Origin: Squalus acanthias
Lineage: Eukaryota
Assembly: GCA_030390025.1 (NCBI GenBank)
Contig: CM059432.1
Span: forward strand, 100,566,001 to 100,630,000
Direction: 5' to 3'
DNA length: 64,000 nucleotides
Part shown: positions 48,741 through 62,189 of the stretch, piece by piece
Layout of the letters: every line of letters starts with the position of its first letter
Numbering within the stretch: position 1 is the stretch's first letter
The notes under the pieces: model-generated
The model's database searches: none
Told to the model about the DNA's origin: nothing
Seen by the model: only the letters and a program-made list of their open reading frames with translations
Made by a program: the position numbers and the translations under genes

Positions 48741-50012
48741 GAAAAAAAAGTCATGAGGGAGTTTTGTACTTGCCAGAAGACTCCCTGATACCAAAGAACC
48801 TTGAAATGACTAAGGAAAACTCTTGCAGTAGCAGGAAGTGGCACACAGCCACTCAAACTGCAAAACCCTGACAGGTGCGAGTGATTGGTGAGGACCCCTT
48901 TAAATATCATCACTGGAGCCGGCTTCCTGCTGCTGCACGCCTCCTGAAGCTGTCATTGCTTTCTCCAGCTGGTAAGTACATTGGCTAAAACGAAGTTGGG
49001 AGATCAGGCATCCAGTGAGCGTTGCATACTCACTGATGTCACGATCTCCATCATGGCGAGCTCCCTGGCAATCGAGGCTACCGGTAGCACTACCGGCAAC
49101 ACCAATATGGCGTGCGGTGCTGGAACCGGCATCAGCTGTCGTTACAGCTGTCAATGGCACTTTCGTGCCATCTCCTGGCGCTAACGTGTGGTGCCACATG
49201 AACTTCTCCCCCAAAATGACTGTTTAAGGAGATGTGTTGCAATATTGTTACACCCCTGGGTTACGCTATAATGTTGTTAGATATTGATCAGTACAGGCAC
49301 ATTCCTGAGTGTAAGATGTTCAGACCACTTGTGAGAGTGCCCAGCACTGCTGTACTTTACAGGATATCTAAGGCAGACCTGAAACTTATAATCTCCATAT
49401 TCTTGAAACTGCTGTCAATCTCTCATACTTTAGCCACTCAGCGGTAAACCCCTGTCAAAATGGTAGCGGGCTGATTGACGGCGTTAGCGAAGTAGTTATT
49501 TTACAGACTTTCATTTTGAGGCCATTTTCTCCCCGATTTTGGCAAGTTCAGCTTATCTAAGGCTCATGCAGGCCCCATCTTTCTCTCGAATGAGAACTGA
49601 TACCAGAAAGCAGTTTGAGCCACTGAGAAACACTCCAGTTTCTCAGTGCCCATTACAAATGGGGGCTGCAAGGTGGGGGCCACAGAAATCTTTTTCAAAT
49701 AGTCCTGGGAGGACCCTGTTCATCCAGTAGGTCAACCCAGTTTAGCTGCAACTGAAATGTTGGTCACGTAGCCCAGTTTCGGTCACTACGTCCTCCCCTC
49801 CCCGCAAAAAACGCATTCTTTCTCCCTGAGAAAATAGCAGTTCAGAACATGCTGCTGACACAGAAAATCGTACCCTCGCGAACTCAGTGCTCCCCGGTTT
49901 GTCCTTAGCATTGTTTTGGGAGCAGAATTTAGTTATTAAGTTGAGCTGGTCTTGCATTATGAAACTGCGTAGCCATGACTACATTATCAGCCCATTATTT
50001 TCCTTGTACAAT

Positions 50013-51180
50013 AGCAAAATACTGCGGATGCTGGAAATCTGAAATAACAACAGAAAATGCTGGAAACACTCAGCAGGCCAGGCAGCATCCGTGGAGAGAG
50101 AAACAGAGTTAATGTTTCAGGTCTGAGACCCTTCGTCACGACTGGTAAAAGTTGGAGACGTAACAGGTTTTAAGCAGGTGCAGAGGCAGGGAAAGTGGGG
50201 GAGGGGAGGAAGGAACTTAAGGCACATTCTGTGCTAGGATTGAACTCAGGAGAGATAAAATGTTGCAATTGGGGATGGCAGAATCATCAACAGCTGCCGC
50301 CTGAAAAAATGAGCGGTTATAGTCTGAAATTGTTGAACTCAATATTGAGTCCAGAAGGCTGTAAAGTGCCTAATCGAAAGATGAGGTGCTGTTCCTCAAG
50401 CTTACATTGAGCTGCATTGGAACAGTGTAAGAGGTCGAGGACAGAGAGGTCAGAGTGGGAGTGGAGGGGAGAATTAAAGTGACAAGTGACCGGAAGCTCG
50501 GGGTCACCCTTACGGACTGAACGGAGGTGTTCCACAAAGCGGTCACCTAATCTGCGTTTGGTCTCCCCAATGTAGAGGAGACCGCATCGTGAGCAGCGAA
50601 TACAGAATCCTAAATTGCAAGAAGTACAAATAAATCGCTGTTTCACCTGGAAGGGGTGTTTGGGGCCCTGGACAGTGGGAAGGGAGGAGGTAAAAGGGCA
50701 GGTGTTGCATCTCCTGCGCATGAACGGGAAGGGGCTGTTGGGGGTGATTGAGGAGTGGACCAGGGTGTTGCGGAGGGAGCGGTCCCTTCGGAATGCTGCA
50801 AGGGGAGGGGAAGATGCGTTTGGTGGTGGGATCACGTTGGAGGTGGCGGAAATGGCGGAGGATGATCCGTTGAATGTGGAGGCTGGTGGGTGAAAGGTGA
50901 GGATAAGGGGAACCCTATCGTGGTTCTGGGAAAGAGAAGGGGTGAGAGCAGAAGTGCGGGAAATGGAACGGACACGGTCGAGGGCCATGCCAACCACGGT
51001 AGAGGGGAATCTTCGGTTGAGGAAAAAGGAAGACATATCGGAAGCACTGGTATGGAAGGTGGCATCGTCAGAACAGATGCGGCGGAGAGGGAGAAACTGG
51101 GAGAATGGAATAGAATCCTTACAGGAAGCGGGGTGGGAAGAAGTGTAGTCAAGGTAGCTGTGGGAGTCAGTGGGCTTGTA
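50013..51180 (-). mobile_element. Penelope-like element, 5'-truncated: RT C-terminus, GIY-YIG endonuclease and pLTR with mutated hammerhead
   Basis: YKPTDSHSYLDYTSSHP...CIRCSRCGLLYIGETKRRLGDRFVEH...GLNIEF. Hammerhead relic at 50107-50143; tgtaca near both junctions. Confidence 0.92.
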
Positions 51181-52100
51181 CTGTACACACAGTAATTATT
51201 GTATCAGGCAGCTCTCGTCTCAATGACCGCATCCCTCACATCAGTGAGTGCGATACTGCCCCGGAAAGTTCAAAGGAGAAAAGCAACAAATACGAGGAGC
51301 TTCCAAAACAAGGGAATGATCATCAAGGGGTCGCAACCGTTTATATAGGAGCTCACTTTGAGATACGCAAGATAGAAATAAAATGATTGCTTCAGGAGAT
51401 GTGTTGCAATAGGTAGTTAATTGAAAAAATTAAACTCTGTTTATTCACCAAGTTAAATTATACTGAGTCGTAACATTTTTCAGTCACAGAAAGAATTTAG
51501 TAATGGTGCTTTCATGTTTAGCATACATAACTGTCAGGTTAGGAGAGCAGCAGTGTTCATTCTCACAGCTGTTAAGCTCATAAGGTTGAAACAGTAGTAA
51601 TGCCTATATCTGCATTCTATTCTTTTTCTGCACGACTCATCTATTCAGCAGAGTTAACAATTTGACATTCACTCCAAACAACCTGAATTTTAATAATACT
51701 GTTTGAACACACAGATTGCTTAAAGTTTCCTTTGAGGTGAGCTAATGTTTAATTACCAGTGCCAATAACCTTTGCAGTGTGTCACTTCTTTGTATCATCC
51801 TTGCACTCCTTTGTGTTTCAGCTCTGCTGTTTTGAACATCCAGCTAATGGAGCAAAGGTCTGTTTTGCAGTACTGATGCCCAAAATGTTTCAATGGAAGG
51901 CACACTGCCACTCAATCATAACCAGACTGGCCACAGATGCTTTATCATCTCACCATGATACATTCCTCACTACAAGCCCTCACAGCTTTCAATTATTGTT
52001 GTTCTTCCATTTAGGCCTTGATGTACACAGTTCCACCATCTCATCATTGGTCTTCTATTAGCTGCTTCCCAGCTAGGATCTATTCTATTATCATTCAGGG

Positions 52101-52290
52101 TTAACAATCTTCAGTTATACAACACATAATATGCTCATCCTGAGCTTCTTGGCATAATAATGCTGTTACTGCAAGCACGCTACTCCTCATTATTTCAACA
52201 TTCGTCACTCTGTCTTCCCACCTGAACCCCAAGATCGTCTTTACAGAGCACATTCCAAAAGCATCCATCTTCTGTGCTTTCAACAGGTCT
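52101..52290 (-). mobile_element. RTE-clade LINE remnant
   Basis: KMDAFGMCSVKTILGFRWEDRVTNVEI matches the RTE ORF C-terminal IL.I.W.D.VTN.E pattern. Confidence 0.65.
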
Positions 52291-52830
52291 CAGAACACAC
52301 TCAGAACAAAATGTGGGTTATCTGGACTGCAGTCAGGCAAAAAAAGATTCCTAACTCGGAATGAGGAAATAGTTGAGTTTATTACGATCAGATTCACAGC
52401 CAAGACTATTAAAACTAAGCCTCACCCATTCCAGTGCACATACTACTTCTGCCTTAATCTCAGTGCTAAAGTATATTTTCTATGAATTGTTGTTATTTCT
52501 ACATTGTCACTAAGGGCTGAAAAATCAACCTAAACCTTTTTCAGACTCAGATTAAGGAATCTTCAGGGGCTGTCTGCTTGCTCATTCGTTTTACACAGTG
52601 AGTAGCTGTTTAAAGTTTCATTCTAAATATCAACCACAACAAGTCATTATGAACACGTTCACAATGTAACAGCACATGGCAACCAGAGCAATACCTAGTG
52701 TTTGGTCACCATGGACCATCAGACAATCTGAATAATTTAGAATGAATTTTGAGCCTTTTGTGTCAGTTTTTAACATTATAATCATATGCAACCATATTTT
52801 GATTTCACAGCTGCAAACTGCACTGCTTCA

Positions 52831-53175
<345 letters not shown>

Positions 53176-53397
53176 CTATATATATTTGTTATGCATTTGC
53201 TAAAAAGAAAAATTGGTAAACATCAATTTTTGGTGTTTCTCAAAAATATTCTTCAATGAATTTCACATAATAATAATTGGAGTATTTAAATAAGAGCAAT
53301 TTCCTTTTCAGGAGATAGTAAATGACTGGTTATGCCACTTAGGATCAAAAAGTCTATTATGAGTCATGAGGATCAAGTTCTTATCAAGCTGCTTTGA

Positions 53398-53832
53398 AAC
53401 ATAGAATTTACAGCATACAGGTCATTCGCCTCAAATCTGCCAGTGTTTATTTTCCACACAAGCCTCCTCTCAGCCCTCTTCATCTCACCTTATCAACATA
53501 AACTTCTATTCCTTTCTCCCTCAAGCGCTTATCTTCCCCTTAAATACGTCTATGCTATTCACCTCAACCACTCCATGTGGTAGAGAGTTCCACATTCTCT
53601 GGGTAAAGAAGTTCTCCTGAATTCCCGATTGGATTTATTAGTGACTATCTTATATGATGGCCCCTAGTTTTGGAAACATCTTCTCTACGTCTACCCAATC
53701 GAACCCCTTCATAATTTTAAAGACCTCTATCAGGGCAGGGAGTGGGACTAATTGGCTAGCTCTTTCAAAGAGCCAGCACCGGCACGATGGACCAAATGGT
53801 GACATCTGTGCTGTATCATGCTATGATTCTAT
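53398..53832. mobile_element. Two CR1 3' fragments joined back to back (- 53398-53732, + 53733-53832)
   Basis: First part is homologous to 18780-19155, second part to 37875-37970. Confidence 0.75.
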
Positions 53833-54480
53833 GAAAGTTCCTCATCTTCCCAAATTGATAAAATATTCAAATTTAATGAAGACATTTCCATTTCGAATTG
53901 GAGAGAGAACGACCATGGACAAATATCTCCTTGACCATCACAGGAGATGCATGGACCCACGAGATCACAGAGAAACTAATGCCCAACGTGGAAAGAGGTT
54001 AATTTATTCAACAGATGAATTTGGTTTTCGATTTGTCTGTTAAAAGTATGAAGTAATGTCTGTGAGATATAATTGCAGGTAACAGTGAACCAAAAGGGCC
54101 AAAGAAAGTATTGGGAATTAAGCATGAGCAATTGTAATTTATTTGCCATAGGAATTGATTTAACTGGAAATAATTTATTGTTAGGGCAGTTGAAGGGAGC
54201 GAGGACTAAGACATCAGGCAGAACACTCACCCACATAGGTAAGATTGCATCTGAATGGCAGCTGATGTGATAGAATATCCAAGATGTAATTATTGGAAGT
54301 GTGAGTTCAGGACTACAGGGTCATATCTCAGTAACAATGCAATGACAATGTTAACTGAACTGTGAACAGATATACAAACTGTCTTAGTGTGATGTATAGC
54401 GCATATCTATCTGATTTATGTAAGCTCTCAATGCCAAGTTCCAGACCAGAAATGAAGTAGGCTATACCACACAGAAGATA

Positions 54481-54964
54481 GGGAGAATTTTAACTCCCTC
54501 TACCTGATGGGAACTGGGTGGAATGGGAATTAAAATCCAATCGGCACACTTACCACTCGATTCCCGCCCCGCAGTTATTTTATGTTTTCTTGGATGATTT
54601 AGATGCCTGCTTGACTCAGACGGGAGCCTCATAAATATATGCAAATTGGGGTCCTATCACTTAGCTAGGATCTCGATGCAATTTTAACTGCCTAACAAGC
54701 GGAGCATGTAGAGCAGACTCTCCGCTAAGTAAAACATGGAGGACACCCAGCGGAGGCCCAGTAGGGTAAGTGCAACACTTATTTTTGTGGAGCCCGAAGT
54801 GCTCAGCTGGGCTGCTCGATCTTCATAACTCCAAAAATATTAAGCTTCAGGCAGGCAGCTGGCTGATGGGATGTTAATGAGACATGGCCATTAAAATAGC
54901 CTACCCACTGCAACTCCCGGGCAGACAGCCTGCCGGATTTCTGCCCAGGAGTTAAAACTGCCCC
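54481..54964. mobile_element. Degenerate MITE
   Basis: TIRs gggagaattttaactcc / ggagttaaaactgcccc (14 of 17 match), TA on both sides. Confidence 0.65.
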
Positions 54965-55585
54965 TATGGTGTGCATAATATTGTAAATGGGTAAATCACA
55001 TTTGTCCAACACAAGTTCTGCTGTGAAATTGTGGTCTCACCAGCAGCTGATACCAAATAGTAGCCTTGAAGAATTATTTTCCTTTCATAGAATGGATTGT
55101 GTCACTCTCGTATGGAGGTTCACAACCGCAAGACTATCAAAATGGTGAGTTTATTATTCAAAATTTGCATAAGAACAGTTTCTTTCAAAAATCAAATTTC
55201 CTTTCCTTCTCAAATGAAGGCATTGATTCTTGATTGGGTGTGGATCCACAGACACCAGTTTCTCTCTGTTTCTAACCCATCTGACCTTGACAGTGAATAT
55301 TATCAAGCTATTTGAATGTGAAGCACATCACAACCGAGCCCAATCCTCTGACCTTACTTGATGCCCACATGTATGAACTTATAGGGTATCCTGGTTAGTG
55401 ATCAGGAGTTAAAACCCTGTCTGATTTTTTTTCCATTTAGCTAGATTAGGGCCACTGGCACCAACTGTAGTATCACAACCAACTCAGCAAAGACAGAATC
55501 AAATCTGGACTTCTTGATCTGTGCGGAATGAAATCGGCAGGTTCTATAAAAGGTGGGCAATCAGCCCCGCCAGGTTAGCACCCAG

Positions 55586-55893
55586 AAAAGAAAGATTTGC
55601 ATTTATATTGTATCTTTCATGACCTCAGGACGTCCCAATGCGCTTTACAGCCAATGAAGTACTTTTGAAGTGTACTCACGGTTGTAATGTAGTAAACGCG
55701 GCAGCCAATTTGCGCAAGGCCTCAAAAACAGCAATTAAATAAATCACCAGATCATCAGTTTTAGGTGTTGGTTGAGGAATAAATATTAGCCAGGACACTG
55801 GGGAGAAGCCCCCTCCTCTTCTTCAAAATAGTGCCATGGGATCTTTTACATCAACTTGATAGGGCAGACAGGACCTTGGTTTAGCGTCTCCTC
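55586..55893 (-). mobile_element. DeuSINE (SacSINE1-like), 5'-truncated
   Basis: Minus strand gagacgctaaaccaaggtcctgtctgccc...gtaaaagatcccatggcactattttgaagaagag...gtgtcctggctaatatt resembles the Deu domain; L2-like tail. Confidence 0.75.
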
Positions 55894-56668
55894 TGGGGGT
55901 GAAGTTGAAAATTATCGATGAGGGGGAAGTCTAGCTGATACTATTCTCCTTTGTGGCCTAAGGATACTAAAACCAATTGTAGTGCTTCCACTGCACCTTG
56001 AGTGAGATCAACTAGATATCAAACCTGGGATCCTCTTGTTCAGTAGATTACCACATAGTGCTTTTACAAGCTGAGGCATCAGGGAACCAATTCTTATTCT
56101 TGTCACTGCCATAATATATTTTCTGTTTCATAGACAAAGGCTATTATTGCTTTATAAATGAAAACGCAAATTTCCTCAGATTTTTAGTTCTATGGGATTT
56201 TTTTTATCCAAATATGAATCTCAATCTATTGTTAACTGTCTAAATTTCTCAGTTTCATCAATTTCGTGATGCATCATTTGTTCCCCTTAAGTTCTTCCAT
56301 TGCATTCATGATTCATAGAAAGACTTTTTTTTTAAATGGTATTACTGCTTTTGCTGCTAGCTAATAAGTATTGCTTTTGCTATTGGTGAAAAAGTACCCA
56401 AAATCAGCTTAGTGCTATTTCTGGCAGTCCACCAACAAAGTCATCTATTTACAAATGATGGCAACATTTTCAAACCATCTTTTCAGTTAATTTCTTCTCC
56501 AATGATATTACTTTAACAGCTCAGTTTGAAAAATTGTCAAGAAGAGTACACTAGCATTTAAAACCCATGAAAAATGGATTTCAGAAACATGCTGCAACAC
56601 AATTTAGATTCTGCATCATTTCAAACATATAAAGAATGTAAAATGAAAACCTAAAAGTTACTATACTA

Positions 56669-56896
<228 letters not shown>

Positions 56897-56939
56897 TCAT
56901 TTCCATTGTTGTTTTTCCAAAGTACCCAGCACAGTTTTA

Positions 56940-57445
56940 AACTAGATTCCATCCCCCTCCCCGGCCACTGTCTCAGGCCAAACCAAACCAAATTGTTCGC
57001 ATTATCTCCATCCTATTTGACCATGAGCAGGGCGTCTGACCCTATTTCTACTATTGTAACATCGCCCATTTCCGCCTATGCCTCAGCCCATTTGCCACGT
57101 GAAACCTTTATCCATGCTTTTGTTTCCTCCAGACACGACTATTCCAATGTTCTCTTGGCCGGCCTCCCATCCTCCACCTCCATAAACTTGAGCTCATCCA
57201 AAACTCTGGTGCCCTTATCTTAACCCCCATCATCATTGTGCTCATTGAACTACTTCGGCTCACAGCCCAGCAATGCCTCAAATTTAAAACTCTGATCCTT
57301 GTATTCAAAGCCCTACATGCCTTAACACTCCCTATCTCTGTAACCTCCTCCAGTCCTCACACCTTCCAAGAACTCTGCAGTCCCCCAACTCTGGACTCTT
57401 ATACAGCCCCCACTCTCTTTACCCTACCATTGACGGCCATGCCAG
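56940..57445 (+). mobile_element. L2 LINE fragment
   Basis: DSIPLPGHCLRPNQT and ETFIHAFVSSRHDYSN; homologous to 23150-23690. Confidence 0.85.
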
Positions 57446-58921
57446 GTAGGCAGCTTCAAAATATGATCACAGGTGTGTGGACAGATGTCAGTACTTCCAG
57501 CAGGAATGTTCAGCAACAACATTGCTTATGACAACTTAACCTCAACATGCTATTTGCTTGCTTGAATATTACCTAATAAATGTGGTAAATATCCATACAA
57601 TTAAAAGACATAAGGAGCTGCAAGCGATAATGGAATCAGATTGAAAGGAAGGAAGATAAGCAATTGATTTTTTAAGCTTCACAATTGGAAAATTAGAATG
57701 TTCCTAAAACTGGTACTTAAAACTCAAAATAGACAGGGAACAGAGACGTATCTTCCCACAATCACTCAATCACCAAGGTTCAGACGCACACTCAACACCA
57801 GACTCCCAGGTAATAAAAATGTAATCCCCCTTCCCTTCGGCTAAGAGTCAAATACACAACCTCCCCATCAGACCATGAGCAATATGCCACTCAGCTTTCT
57901 GGGTTGGCGGGGTGGGGCGGGGGGGGCCGCGGGTGTGTGTGATTAATCATGCAGGATGCCCCCCCCGGAGAGATGGCTGCCATAGAGAGGGAGCCCACCA
58001 TTGCTGGTCAATGAAATGTGGTGGCGCTGCATAGTCAGAAGCAAAGAAGCCACGTTTAAAGGGGGCTGAAGTGCTCTGAAAATCTGAAGCAAAATTGAGC
58101 CAAGCCCTAAAAATGGTCAATGACTGGGGCCCAAAGAGGAGAGAAGTACCCAACACTGGGCCCTTCTTCCTCTGAAATGGCCTTCAGCAGGCCTCCCACC
58201 ACTGCCCCAGGATATACTGCCACCTTCTCCTTACAATCCCTGGGTCAATGGTAGTAAAAGTGGGAGGCAGGGAAATTGGCTGAATTCCCAAGGTCCTACC
58301 TCCTCGTCATTATTTACATGCAACAGGGTAATCAAGGGGCAACCCAAAACTAGTAGGCTTACACTAAACCACAAACAGAGTACATTCTAACACGGAACTA
58401 TATTATAACTTGAGAAAAATGTCCTATTTGTTATCCAATATGACAGGACACAGAAAATGTTATTGTGCCTTTATTTGTTCCTATGCAGTAAATGGGTACA
58501 CCATGGGCCAAGGTTTTGTCTCCATGTGCCACTTTACGATCAGCTTACCCCATACTGTGTGCTTGACAGCTATTTATTATTAGATGCTGCTGTGGTTGCC
58601 AGTTGTCAGCAAGGAGGCACCTCGGATTGATTGCTGCCCTGGAAACTCTGTGATTCACTGATGGGAATGGAGAGCTATGCACAAGCTGTGGTATATTTCA
58701 AGGTATTTTGTAATAAATGGAGTAATTGAATAGAACTGAGGTTTAAAGTGAACAATAGGAATTTAAATGGCTCCACTGATGGTCCTTCTTCTGCCATCAG
58801 TCTCCCAGCTACACAGGAAATTGAAAATCCCAGCAACGGGCAGGAACAAAATCAAATTATTGGTGCCATCCATTGCATTTAACAGTTTACAGTCATTGGA
58901 TTTCCTTTGGGCCGACACTTT

Positions 58922-59822
58922 GGCCGGAATTTTTCCCGAAAAAATGGGTGGGTTTGGAGGGTGGGGGCAGTTAAATTGTTGAAAATGAGAATCCTGATCT
59001 GAACCCGCCTCCAGCCCACCCACTTCCAGTTTTAACGGAGGCGGGACAGGCGACCAACCTGCTCCCAGGGGGTGGAACGTCAATTTAAATATTATAATGA
59101 GGCTGGAAGCTTCTTTTTTAACCTCCATTCTGAATTTAACTGCATGTGGTTGGGTTTCACACAATTCGTGAAACCCGGCAGTTAAATCGAGACAGGGACT
59201 GCTGGCATCCAGGAGGTAAGTGGCTTTATACCTACCTCCTGGATCCAGGGCCCTTACCTAACCCACCCCCATGATCGGAGACCCCTCACAAGGCCTCCGA
59301 TCCCCAACATGAGGCCACACTCTCAGAGGCTGGTTACAATCCTCCGGTGACCGGCCCTGACCCTCTCTTCCACCCTGCTAATCTCCGATCCCCCCCCCCC
59401 GCCGCTGATGTTCTAGCTGACACCCCACCTCGCCCATCCCCCAAACCCCCCCCATACCCAATCCTCCCGCTGATCTCAGACCCCCCTTCCAATCCCCGAA
59501 CCCCCACCGATCCTCGACTCCCCCCACAATCCCCGATCATACCCTCGCACCGCGATCCCTGACCAAGCCACAGCCGATCCCCGACCCTCCGCGATCCCTC
59601 CCCCAGACCGACTCCTCGCTCCCTCTCCGCATCTGCAAGTCTACCCGCCCACAGCCAGCCAGCCCCTCAATCTGGCTGGCTGCGGGCAGGAGTCCGAGGC
59701 TTCACATGCAAATCAGGCCCTGCCGTTGAAGTCAGGCTTGCAGGAAACCCGGCCTCCCGGGTTTTCCGCCCGCCTCGGAGGCCCCCCGCCCTCAACCCGC
59801 CTACCTGGAGAAAATTCCAGCC
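58922..59822. mobile_element. Harbinger-type MITE with C-rich core
   Basis: TIRs ggccggaattttt / gaaaattccagcc with TTT on both sides; organisation similar to 35659-36710 in reverse. Confidence 0.82.
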
Positions 59823-60077
59823 TTTGTATTTGAAAGCTGCATATAAGGCTTGCTGGTTGCAGTGAGGTACTTGATGCACATTTGTTTCTGTCGCAGTGAG
59901 AACATTTCCAAACCCCATTTGTACCAGAAGCAGGGATCAATGAAATCATCCTATAATCCTTTGTGGAATCAGTGCATACACAGAAGAGATACAAAGCTGA
60001 AATTGGTAGAGAAATTGTCACAGATGCTCTGACTATGATATGTAGGGATGCCAACTCTGGTTGGACGTATTCCCGGA

Positions 60078-60162
60078 AGTTTGATCATGTGACACACGAC
60101 TTCTGATTGTATGACATCCAATCACGACGTCTGATCACATGATGTCTGATCGCATGGCGTTT
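60078..60162. repeat. Degenerate ~15-bp minisatellite (ctgatcacatgatgt-like)
   Basis: About five imperfect units, downstream of a tagggatgccaac hAT-like terminus. Confidence 0.5.
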
Positions 60163-60535
60163 CCTGCAGTTTGAAAATGTTATTGCATTTAGTTTAGAAA
60201 GTTAGGCCATACATTCTAAACCTTTTTCTCTAAATGTCCCGTCCAAGTGGAAAACCTTGCACTCTATTTCTCCGTGTCTGGAACTTGTAAAATATGTTAA
60301 TATATCCAATGAAGCATTAAACTTCTGAAGACTTGTGTCTAAACACTCACGTTAATTGAAAAACATACCCATTAAAAAAAATTCTCATGGAATTATCTGA
60401 CAGCTCTATCACAAGCATTTCCGGATTTAAAGATGCAATCTGCAATAAATATTTATTTTCTCATATCTTTTGTAAAAAGTTATGTAAAAGGCGTTTTCTC
60501 TTAAAACAAAACAACTTTCTAGAAGCAATGGAACT

Positions 60536-60882
60536 TTTTTTTAAAATTCATTCTTGGGACATGGGCAAGGCTGACATTTATTGCTGATCTCTATTTGCCC
60601 TGAAGTGGTGGTGGTTGGCCTATATCTCAAACTGCAGTGGTTCAATGCAATTGAGTGGGTTGCTAGGCCACTTCGGAGGGCAGTTAAGAGTCAACCAACT
60701 TGGTGTGAAACTGGAGTCACATATAAGTCAGACTGGGTAAGGACAGTGGATTTTCTTCCTTAAAGGACATGAGTAAACCAGTTGGGTTTTTAAACCAGTT
60801 GGGTTTTTAAACTGAATGCAAATTCTCAAACTATCATGGTGGAATTTAAATACACATTCATAACATAACCACTACACTACCG
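60536..60882 (-). mobile_element. tRNA-derived SINE (probably MetaSINE type) with the tail of the 20147-21292 LINE family
   Basis: Head ggtagtgtagtggttatg; central atgtcctttaaggaagaaaatccactgtccttacccagtctgacttatatgtgactccag; tail gggcaaatagagatcagcaataaatg plus poly(A). Confidence 0.7.
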
Positions 60883-61105
60883 TAATCTCTTACATTTTAT
60901 ATGTCTGGATCTCCTCGATAACTGGGTGGCAGACCGTGCTTTTTATATATAAAATGCGATTTAAACCGGTTAAGGTGGCTAATGTGGGGTGATATCACCA
61001 CAAAAAGTACAAAAAGAGCTTGCAGTTGTATTTGTAGGTATAACCCATCTAGTCCAGTTTCAGGAGTGAGGGAGAACCTATCTCCTGCGGGATATCATGG
61101 AATTA

Positions 61106-61190
61106 GGGATAAAAATTGGTTGCTTTGCGCCTAAATTAACCCCCCGGCGACGTTAGCGCCCCAAAGGGGGCGCCACCAAATTTTTCCCCC
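61106..61190 (-). mobile_element. 85-bp ultra-short derivative of MITE family M1
   Basis: TTA TSD; the two halves match the two termini of 38456-39153 in reverse orientation. Confidence 0.85.
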
Positions 61191-61427
61191 TTAGTCTTTT
61201 TGTTGTCCTCAATGATTTCTAGAAGCTAGTTTGAATTTTCAGTAGAACTAATTTTCTCCATAGTTTCCAGGGTACAAATTGCTTACTATCACCTGCAAAT
61301 CTGCATTTTGATAGCAAGAAATGCTAATGTCAAATCATAACACAGCTCTTTGCTAGCATACAGGAAAATTTAGAATGAGTTACTAAATTCACCAGCTGAC
61401 ATAGAGTCTCCTTCTGCTGTCAAATTA

Positions 61428-61652
61428 GGGGTGACTAATTTTACCAGAAACATTGGCGTGAATAAAAAAGCAGGTAATCTCATTTTGCTCTCGCACCAAA
61501 TTTTTTGTTAGAATTATCAGTAGGGGTTTCACCCCGTGTTATCCCCAGAAGAAAAAGTCCCAAAGGGACCGGCTGATAGTAATATAGAAAATATATGCAT
61601 AGAGAAGGTGAGATTGCTGTGTGCAGGAGGAAAAATCCCATTAGTCACTCTT
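61428..61652. repeat. Degenerate nested inverted repeat (old MITE)
   Basis: gtgactaat/attagtcac, aatctcattt/aggtgagatt and tatcag/ctgata pair in nested order. Confidence 0.5.
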
Positions 61653-62189
61653 GTGTTTCATATATTATTTGCATTATTTCAATCTAACCAATTGAAAAAT
61701 ATTGAAAATATGATTGTGCAGTTTATTCTCTGAATTAAGGGAGCATGACTTACACTGTGCATTGGTGACTTCATTTTTTAAAATTATTTTCTTTTGAAAT
61801 GTATTGATGTTTGCCCTTTTATTGATGTAATTTAAGAGAATGATTGTTTGATTGCTTAAAGAATGCAATTAACTCAGTTTGCTGAAGATACACAATAGGT
61901 AAATTGTGAGGAAGAGGTATTAAATTTAAAGCTTTGTTGATTCAGTTATTCCTGTGCTTTGTTTCTAAATGCGAATAGCATGCTTGCATTAAATGCTCAT
62001 AAAGTTTGACAATATTTGAGCTACAAGATCTAGGCAGTTTCCTCGAAAATGGATAAGACATATTTTAGCACATTGTGCATTCTGGGTAGGGGCATCCACC
62101 ATTATCCCCCAGAATCACAGATTTCCTATTAAGATGGGGGCTGGAGAGAATCTAATTCCACTCTCCATAATCTTTAATGTTTCTCTTTT

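Larger units (their letters stand above)
46502..49212 (-). mobile_element. PIF/Harbinger copy H4 with both ends: HARBI1-like transposase (-) and Myb/SANT exon 1 (+)
   Basis: AAA TSD supported by the empty-site paralogue at 51361-51411. Left ~300 bp is homologous to the H3 terminus. Myb exon 46858-47096 reads MADRHLRERAWRFSKEALEALV...WREVA...RSHNQCRRKFNEL. Confidence 0.92.

Noticed and set aside
60774..60812. Direct repeats as a CRISPR-like array (also 43361-43394 and 60078-60162)
   Set aside because: Simple tandem duplications with no spacers, in a vertebrate genome.
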